DNA of 64,000 bases, from assembly GCA_048939625.1 (NCBI GenBank), contig JBHLPH010000003.1, forward strand, positions 32,001 to 96,000. Reading direction: 5' to 3'. The DNA comes from Promethearchaeota archaeon (GTDB taxonomy: Archaea; Asgardarchaeota; Hermodarchaeia; Hermodarchaeales; Hermodarchaeaceae). The notes beneath the pieces were generated by a model. The model made no database searches. It had not been told where the DNA came from and saw only the letters and a program-made list of their open reading frames with translations. Positions 58,010-64,000 of this stretch are shown here, in pieces; the stretch's first letter is position 1; each line of letters begins with the position of its first letter. The position numbers and the translations under genes are program-made.

Positions 58010-58384
58010 ATGTCGGCTACAGCCAAGAATCTTCAAGCCCTCCTTCGCCAAATGGAGAGTACGACACCGGGCATCGAAGCAAGCGCTATTGTCACGGCTC
58101 AAGGGTTACCAATTGTAGCAGCGATGCCTCAAACCGTCAATGAAGCCATCGTCGCTGCAATGACAGCGGCGTTATTGGGTGTTGCAGAGCGCGCGTTAAC
58201 AGAGATACCACGTGGGAAACTTATGCAGATTACTGTGGAAGCAGAAAATGGTTATATTATTTTGAAAGGTGCAGGAGAAAATGCAATCCTCACTTCTTTA
58301 GTAAAGAAAAGTGCGAATCTTGGAATGATATTCTTGGTTATGAAGCGATATAGTAGCCAAATCGAATCGATCCTCCAAGCCTAA
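58010..58384 (+). CDS. Roadblock/LC7 domain protein
   Basis: PGIEASAIVTAQGLPI, VAAMTAALL..AER, G.L.QI.V....GYII...AG. Confidence 0.92.
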   Translation: MSATAKNLQALLRQMESTTPGIEASAIVTAQGLPIVAAMPQTVNEAIVAAMTAALLGVAERALTEIPRGKLMQITVEAENGYIILKGAGENAILTSLVKKSANLGMIFLVMKRYSSQIESILQA

Positions 58385-58440
58385 CAAACGATTCGAGTAA
58401 TTGTTGGAGCTTTTTTTGATTTGGCGATTGACAAAAAGGT

Positions 58441-58512
58441 GGCGGCTCTAGTCCGCCCGTCGTTCACTTCATCTTGGTATCAGTGCGATCAGGTTTCCTC
58501 TTCATTGCCGCC
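58441..58512 (-). ncRNA. Candidate C/D-box guide sRNA (predicted target SSU rRNA Cm1402, E. coli numbering)
   Basis: Terminal stem GGCGGC/GCCGCC; box C AUGAAGA; D' CUGA; C' AUGAAGU; guide GAACGACGGGCGG complementary to the universal CCGCCCGUC; variant D box CUAGA; followed by a T-tract. Confidence 0.7.
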
Positions 58513-58534
58513 GAGATAAGAGGAGAGCTAAGCG

Positions 58535-59149
58535 TTACTTAAGGGTTGTGAGCAGATTATCGATTTGCTGTTGAATTTGGTTTTGCACTTCACGAATCGA
58601 GCACGTTGCATCAATTATCGTGAAACCATTTTCTTGTGCCCTTTCAATGAAGATTTGTCTTACCTTCTCGAGGAAGGTGACATATTCGAATTTTTCTTTT
58701 GGTTTTGGTCTTCTCTTTCGTGCTAAAGCAGTTTTGGGGGCAATATCGAGCACGAAGGTGATGGTTGGAGTGAGGGCATACCGATTTAGGTTCTGCACCC
58801 ATTCGCGATCAAGTCCGGAAGAACATTGATAGGCAAAGGATGATTCAACATAGCGATCCGTGATGACGATTTGTCCTTTATCCAGAGCCGGCTGAATTTT
58901 GTTCAATGTATTATCAATGCGATCAGCTGCAAAAAGTAAGGCATCAATTGCAGGCGATACCGTTGTGTCTTGTAATATTTGCCGTATCAGCTTTCCAATT
59001 CGTTCATCTGTTGGTTCATGGGTTTCGACTACTTCGAACCCTTTTTTTCTCAGCCATTTGCTCAGTAATTTTGTGTGAGTGGTTGTACCACTTCCATCGA
59101 TTCCTTCTAGCGCAATGAAAAGTCCTTGTTGCATTTCAAGCACACTCAA
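58535..59149 (-). CDS. tmk: Thymidylate kinase
   Basis: EGIDGSGTTT, EPT, LLFAADR, DRY..SS.AYQ. Confidence 0.95.
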   Translation of the reverse strand: MSVLEMQQGLFIALEGIDGSGTTTHTKLLSKWLRKKGFEVVETHEPTDERIGKLIRQILQDTTVSPAIDALLFAADRIDNTLNKIQPALDKGQIVITDRYVESSFAYQCSSGLDREWVQNLNRYALTPTITFVLDIAPKTALARKRRPKPKEKFEYVTFLEKVRQIFIERAQENGFTIIDATCSIREVQNQIQQQIDNLLTTLK

Positions 59150-59219
59150 GAGAACTTGTTTTGGTCCTGAATGAGTTAGAGGTTATTAAATAAAAAGGGA
59201 GTGATGAGATTCTTTATTT

Positions 59220-59735
59220 ATGAATGTCCAGCCACTATTTGCCTCTTCCGTCTTTACAATATCTTCGAACCTTGAAGTATACCAGGTAATCAATTATGAT
59301 TATTCTGATCCAGAAGGGGTGTACGCAGAGATTCTTGAAGATGAGGAAGCGGTCGAAACTGAAATCACCAAGATTCATTCTAACATGGCTGAATTTCTTG
59401 AAGCAGAAAAGGTGTATATTAACGGCACTCAAGTAAGACAAGAAATTGTGCATGTCGATATTGGATTGCGTGGAACACCTGAAATCGCGTATTTCCAATG
59501 GGTTATTCATTTCCAGGGTGCACCAATAAAGGATGAAAACATCTTAGCGAGTGATGTTGAAACAGAAGTAGCAGAATATGATATCGAAGTACTGTATTTG
59601 TTTCCAAAGAACACACGAATTCTTGAAGTCATCACTCCGATGGAATCTGAGATTCGTGGACCATTGTTTTTTGTTTGGGCACTAAAAGGGGATCTTGTTG
59701 GAGGACATGAATCAGTTCGATTCCGATTTACTTAG
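59220..59735 (+). CDS. Conserved archaeal hypothetical protein
   Basis: Acidic 171-aa ORF: Y.Y.DP...Y, NM..FL..E...ING, E.AEYD, G..VGG.E...F. Confidence 0.65.
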   Translation: MNVQPLFASSVFTISSNLEVYQVINYDYSDPEGVYAEILEDEEAVETEITKIHSNMAEFLEAEKVYINGTQVRQEIVHVDIGLRGTPEIAYFQWVIHFQGAPIKDENILASDVETEVAEYDIEVLYLFPKNTRILEVITPMESEIRGPLFFVWALKGDLVGGHESVRFRFT

Positions 59736-60637
59736 CGTTGAAGCAGCCGCCCACAGGAATAGCACCACTTAGTTCCTAGAGTGATTTTTGCTTGACAGTA
59801 AGGACAGATACCTTTTCCTTTCTGATCTGTTTTCTTCTTCTTACTAGAAGTAGATTCGGTTGGTTGGGTAAGAGGAGCGGCCACTGTTCCTAGGATTGAA
59901 CGAAGCCCTGCGATGATACTTGTTGTTTTATTGAGTTCATCGTCTATTGCCTTCAGCTGTTTATTCACATCCTTTTTTGATACCTCATCGATACGGGCGC
60001 GAATCTGAAGTGTCTCTTTTTCAAATTCGAGTTGTTGTTTACGCTCTTCTAATTTCGCTAGCCAACCATTTGCTTGGGAGAACTCATTTTCAAGCTGTTG
60101 ATTTGTTTCAGCTAGTTTACTTCCATACTCAGAGGACAACCGCTGATAAATCGCGTCATCAACTTCTCCAGATTTCCGAAGATCATCAAGACGTTGAATA
60201 CGACCTTCTTGGACTTTCTTTTCTTGTTGAAGTTGCTCAAGTGGTGTAATGGCTTTGTTTTCCAAGTCATCGATTTCTTTTGAAATAGGATCTAATCGGG
60301 TTTGTAGCTTTTCAGACTGGGATGTTGCCTCTTTTTCTGATAACTCGCCCACGAGTTGTTTTACTTTGATGGTTTCTTGCTCTTCATCAAGAGCGGCTTT
60401 TTGTGATCGAAGCCTCTCGAGTTTTCCGCGCATGATTAGGGCTGATTCTGCCATGGGAGGGATGGCTTCGACCTCTTTTATCAGTTCGTTTGATGGAGTG
60501 GGTGCTGCACTCGTTGTTTTTGGTTGAACAGCGGTCGCCATTCTTTGCCGGGCAGTTAGTGAAACTCCGCAATATGAACAGAACTTGGCGTTAGGCTTTA
60601 ATTTTCGCCCGCATTCGGGGCATTGTTGATTTGACAT
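59732..60637 (-). CDS. Zinc-ribbon-flanked CdvA-like coiled-coil protein
   Basis: N- and C-terminal CxxC...CxxC ribbons; central RLDDLRKSGEVDDAIYQRL...LEER...L..R..I.EVS pattern recalls the CdvA coiled-coil domain. Confidence 0.7.
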   Translation of the reverse strand: MSNQQCPECGRKLKPNAKFCSYCGVSLTARQRMATAVQPKTTSAAPTPSNELIKEVEAIPPMAESALIMRGKLERLRSQKAALDEEQETIKVKQLVGELSEKEATSQSEKLQTRLDPISKEIDDLENKAITPLEQLQQEKKVQEGRIQRLDDLRKSGEVDDAIYQRLSSEYGSKLAETNQQLENEFSQANGWLAKLEERKQQLEFEKETLQIRARIDEVSKKDVNKQLKAIDDELNKTTSIIAGLRSILGTVAAPLTQPTESTSSKKKKTDQKGKGICPYCQAKITLGTKWCYSCGRLLQR

Positions 60638-60712
60638 CGTTCTCAGTCCTATCAGCTATCTTGAAAGAGCAGGAACGAACTTATAAAGTCGGGGGATTAG
60701 GCTACTCGCCCT

Positions 60713-62002
60713 TCAAAGGAAATAGTAAATTCCTAAAAATTGGAGAATCGTCAAAATCGTAGCTGTTATAATAGGCACCGCAAGGTTGTCATCTAACCGT
60801 AAAGGGAGGAGCTCAATAACCGCTGCGATGATTACTGTTAGGAGCGCCGAGATTGGAGACACAATAAGGATGAGAACGAAAAATGCTGAAGTAAACCCGA
60901 TTAATGTGCCTTCAATTGTTTTCTTACGATTGAAAGGATAATGGTGTCTTCCTAAAAAGATCCCGCCTATAGTGGAGAAGGCATCACCTATCAGGAATGC
61001 AATTATGCTTGCTACTGCAATATGTGGGAGTTGAAGTAGAGTGCCGAAAATGAGAAGTGGAAGTGTGACTCCTGCAGCGAAATATAAAGGAGAGAGCACA
61101 TAACTATCAATCTCTTCTTCTCGACCCGCGGCGAGTACCATATTTGAAATTAAAGGTATCTTTATCCCAAAACTCCTGAGAACCTCGGAGAGGATAAACA
61201 ACAGTGTTAGACTCCCAATTAATATGTAGATTAAACTGTGCCATGAAACATCTAAAAACCAAAGAAGCGGGATAAATACCGCACTTGCATGGAGAAGTTG
61301 ACGAAGGAGTTCTTGCCCTAGCCGTCGGGGGACGTGGACTTGTAAAGAAGGAGAAGTTAAGTAAGGCAGCAGGGCACGTAAATCTGGTGTGTTTACAACA
61401 ACCCGAACATATTGGCGTGCAACTTGATCTGGGCGGAATCCAATGGCCAAGTTAACGTATTTGAAAAGTGGAACGTTGTTGCGATCATTCGCGACTGCTA
61501 CAGTTTCATAATCAGATAACTGGTGCCTATCAATCAAATCTTCGAGCGCATCGACTTTGGTTTTCCCTCGACAGTCTAAAGCGGCAATGTGACCTGTTAG
61601 TCGGTTTTCTTCGAGCTCAACTCGGATTCCGCTAGCAAAATGAGCTCCCAGAGTTTTACTTAGCCGCGCTACGGCGAAATCAGGAATGCCTGAACTCGTC
61701 AGTACAATGATATGGTGTTGTTGTCTGAGGATTTTGAAGGACTGCTCAACACCTCGATGTAAATACACCTGGTCAGTCATGCGGATGAGCCAATCTTTTG
61801 GGACTCCACGAAGTAATCGATAGGAATATCGCATGAAGGAGGCAACTTCCATGATTCGAGCCTCATAAAGAATTCCTAATACACCGAACACAAAGGCTTT
61901 GACTAGGCCGAGTCGTGCAATGATTTGAGATAGCCAGAAACCATTGACGATTGTTCCATCAACATCAAAGGCAATTATGCGACGAGAGTTCGACTTGGCC
62001 AT
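60713..62002 (-). CDS. HAD phosphatase fused to a CTP-dependent dolichol/phytol-type polyprenol kinase domain
   Basis: N-terminal FDVDGT, SSG, K HAD motifs; C-terminal E..RQ.LH, GD..S..GG...G, KKTIEG, DDNL.VP in a TM domain. Confidence 0.82.
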   Translation of the reverse strand: MAKSNSRRIIAFDVDGTIVNGFWLSQIIARLGLVKAFVFGVLGILYEARIMEVASFMRYSYRLLRGVPKDWLIRMTDQVYLHRGVEQSFKILRQQHHIIVLTSSGIPDFAVARLSKTLGAHFASGIRVELEENRLTGHIAALDCRGKTKVDALEDLIDRHQLSDYETVAVANDRNNVPLFKYVNLAIGFRPDQVARQYVRVVVNTPDLRALLPYLTSPSLQVHVPRRLGQELLRQLLHASAVFIPLLWFLDVSWHSLIYILIGSLTLLFILSEVLRSFGIKIPLISNMVLAAGREEEIDSYVLSPLYFAAGVTLPLLIFGTLLQLPHIAVASIIAFLIGDAFSTIGGIFLGRHHYPFNRKKTIEGTLIGFTSAFFVLILIVSPISALLTVIIAAVIELLPLRLDDNLAVPIITATILTILQFLGIYYFL

Positions 62003-62134
62003 GAGTTATTCTACACTTCGTTTGTCCTTTTATCAATAGCTAAAATATAGCTGTAGGTAAGTAGTTTCCTAGGTTGACAACAAAGTTTTACCCACATCAA
62101 CTCTAAAATTGGGTTGAAATAAGTGAGGTGCTAG

Positions 62135-62632
62135 TTGATGCGACAATTTCTCTATGCGGACCCTACAGTGTGTGTTGGTTGTCGAATCTGTGAAGCCATC
62201 TGTAGTCTACATTATGAAAAGACAATAAACCCCAAGAAATCACGTATCCGAGTACGTCGAGTCAATCCTGGGCTAGATGTAGTTGTTGCTTGCCGAAATT
62301 GCGATCAGGCTTGGTGTATTGAAGCGTGTCCAGAGGAAGCTCTACGAAAAAATCGGAAAGGGATTGTGATTGTGGATTCGAAGAAATGCAAGGGATGTGG
62401 GGCATGTGTGGAGGCATGCCCTTTTGGAGCGATATTCTTGAACCCTGATACACAAAAAGCCATCAAATGCATTGCATGTGGATTCTGCACGAAATATTGC
62501 CCTGTTGAAACCCTTCGCATTCTGACAGAAGAGGAATTGGCAGCGTTGAAGCAGCAGAAGGTGATTCAACATGAATGTAGAGATCTCCTTGATGAGCTTA
62601 GAATAGAAGAAGCTGAGGGGGGTGAGAGCTGA
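62135..62632 (+). CDS. 4Fe-4S dicluster electron-transfer subunit of AOR
   Basis: Four CxxCxxCxxxC-type motifs; its TGA overlaps the AOR ATG. Confidence 0.9.
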   Translation: MMRQFLYADPTVCVGCRICEAICSLHYEKTINPKKSRIRVRRVNPGLDVVVACRNCDQAWCIEACPEEALRKNRKGIVIVDSKKCKGCGACVEACPFGAIFLNPDTQKAIKCIACGFCTKYCPVETLRILTEEELAALKQQKVIQHECRDLLDELRIEEAEGGES

Positions 62633-64000
62633 TGGGGAAGAAAGCGAAGCTTGGTGGATATTCAGGGCAGCAGTTACATGTGGATATGACAAAAGAAACA
62701 TGTAAGCCGGTCCCAATTGACAAAGATTTAGCTCTCATGTATCTTGGCGGACAAGGCTTTGCCTCACGAATTATGTATGATCACGTTGGACCAACAACTG
62801 ACCCACTGAGTCCTGATAATATCCTCATTTGGGCAACAGGTCCCTTCACGGGGACATTATGGCCTCAAGCAGCCCGTTATGTTGTAGCAGCTAAATCGCC
62901 TTTGACAGGCATCTTTGGTGAAGCCCATTCAGCGGGGCATTGGGGACCCGAACTCAAATTCGCAGGGTTTGACACAATCATCGTAACTGGACGGGCAAAA
63001 AAACCGCTTTACTTAATTGTTGATAATGGTTCAGCCAGATTAGTCGATGCTCAGGATCTATGGGGGAGGAATACATCCGAGACTGAAGACATGATTAAAG
63101 AAGCGCAAGGTGATCCAAACTTTCGCGTCTCTTGCATCGGGCAAGCAGGAGAAAATCTTGTCAGATTTGCCGCAATAATCAATGACTATGATCGAGCCGC
63201 CGCTCGCTCTGGTATTGGTGCTGTGGCAGGAAGTAAACGGCTCAAAGCAGTTGCAGTCCGAGGGGGACAAGATATTCCTATTGCGAAGCCTGATCGCTAC
63301 CTTGATGTAATTGATGAATTGCATCGAAAAATGCTGGCAAGCCCCTTCACGGCTAGTCGGGCTATGTATGGGACAACTAACTTAGTTGAACTCATGCAAG
63401 AAATCGGTCGGCTTCCTAGCTACAATATGCGTTCTGGCGTGTTTGCTGAATATCAGAAAATCAGTGGTGAAACAATTCGAAAGAAGTACCTTGTAAAACC
63501 ACGCGCAGATTTTGCATGTTTACAACGTTGTGGGCGATACACACGGGTCAAAACGGGTCCCTATGCTTATTGTGGAGGATCTCCTGAATATGAAACTCAG
63601 GCAGCTATGGGGAGTCGATGTGGAAATGATAATCTTGAATCCATTCTCTATGGACACCATTTAAGCAACCTATATGGGATGGATACGATCTCAACCGGCG
63701 CGACTATTAGTTGGGCGATGGAAGCCTGGGAAGAGGGACTTATTACTGCTGAAGATACAGGCGGCATTGATTTGAGTTGGGGGAACCATGAATCGATTAT
63801 CAAACTAATCCACATGATCGCGAAACGTGAGGGATTTGGTGACATTTTAGCCGAAGGGAGTTTCCGTGCTGCACAACGCATTGGAAGAGGTACTGAGAAA
63901 TTCGTAATGCATTGCAAGAAACAAGAAATCGCTGGACAAGAACCCCGTGCACAAAAATCAATGGGATTAGCAGCGGCCACAGCAGCGCGTGGTGCGGATC
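62632..64000 (+). CDS. aor: Aldehyde:ferredoxin oxidoreductase family (tungsten) protein, truncated at the window end
   Basis: Manual translation MGKKAKLGGYSGQQLHVDMT...YLGGQG...KSPLTG...GG.WGPELKFAGFD...IGQAGENLVRFA...AARSG.GAV.GSKRLKAVAV...PEYET...GMDTISTG...RGAD. Confidence 0.92.
   Translation, partial: MGKKAKLGGYSGQQLHVDMTKETCKPVPIDKDLALMYLGGQGFASRIMYDHVGPTTDPLSPDNILIWATGPFTGTLWPQAARYVVAAKSPLTGIFGEAHSAGHWGPELKFAGFDTIIVTGRAKKPLYLIVDNGSARLVDAQDLWGRNTSETEDMIKEAQGDPNFRVSCIGQAGENLVRFAAIINDYDRAAARSGIGAVAGSKRLKAVAVRGGQDIPIAKPDRYLDVIDELHRKMLASPFTASRAMYGTTNLVELMQEIGRLPSYNMRSGVFAEYQKISGETIRKKYLVKPRADFACLQRCGRYTRVKTGPYAYCGGSPEYETQAAMGSRCGNDNLESILYGHHLSNLYGMDTISTGATISWAMEAWEEGLITAEDTGGIDLSWGNHESIIKLIHMIAKREGFGDILAEGSFRAAQRIGRGTEKFVMHCKKQEIAGQEPRAQKSMGLAAATAARGAD

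Noticed and set aside
58441-58512. SECIS interpretation of AUGA...GA downstream of tmk
   Set aside because: tmk has no in-frame UGA and the stem geometry does not fit; the C/D-box reading explains the sequence better.
1-64000. CRISPR arrays, transposases, integrases, prophage genes, rRNA, selenoprotein read-through
   Set aside because: None seen by eye: no regularly spaced repeats, no recognisable motifs, and no gene with a convincing in-frame UGA at a Cys position.

Overview
A 64-kb, gene-dense archaeal chromosome segment with no CRISPR array, prophage, transposase or rRNA. It carries many eukaryotic-signature genes: three roadblock/LC7 proteins, a longin protein coupled to a Rab-like GTPase, a JAMM/MPN+ protein, a Get3/TRC40-type ATPase and a CdvA-like coiled-coil protein. 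An Asgard archaeon is therefore the most likely source (inference). Housekeeping content: a complete archaeal CoA operon (pantoate kinase, phosphopantothenate synthetase, panE, panB, coaBC) with a divergent second pantoate kinase plus ECF S-component; lipid genes (geranylgeranyl reductase, ino1, tetraether synthase Tes, GlpD, FadD, HAD-polyprenol kinase fusion); top6AB, mat, prs, AMP phosphorylase, hisS, tfb, map, tmk, sui1, rpo12, hypB, larA and an AOR cluster. Best findings read by hand from the DNA: (1) a tRNA-His split by three BHB introns, lacking G-1 and with a eukaryote-like A73, directly upstream of an unusual HisRS; (2) a tRNA-Gln with two introns; (3) a C/D-box sRNA whose guide points by the D+5 rule at SSU rRNA C1402; (4) two membrane-anchored proteins and one soluble protein sharing a CdvA/SHOCT-like motif; (5) a Get3 locus flanked by a 3-TM protein and an unannotated 35-aa TM peptide; (6) an Rpo12 with a second zinc ribbon inserted. 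All protein calls come from motif recognition; no database search was run.
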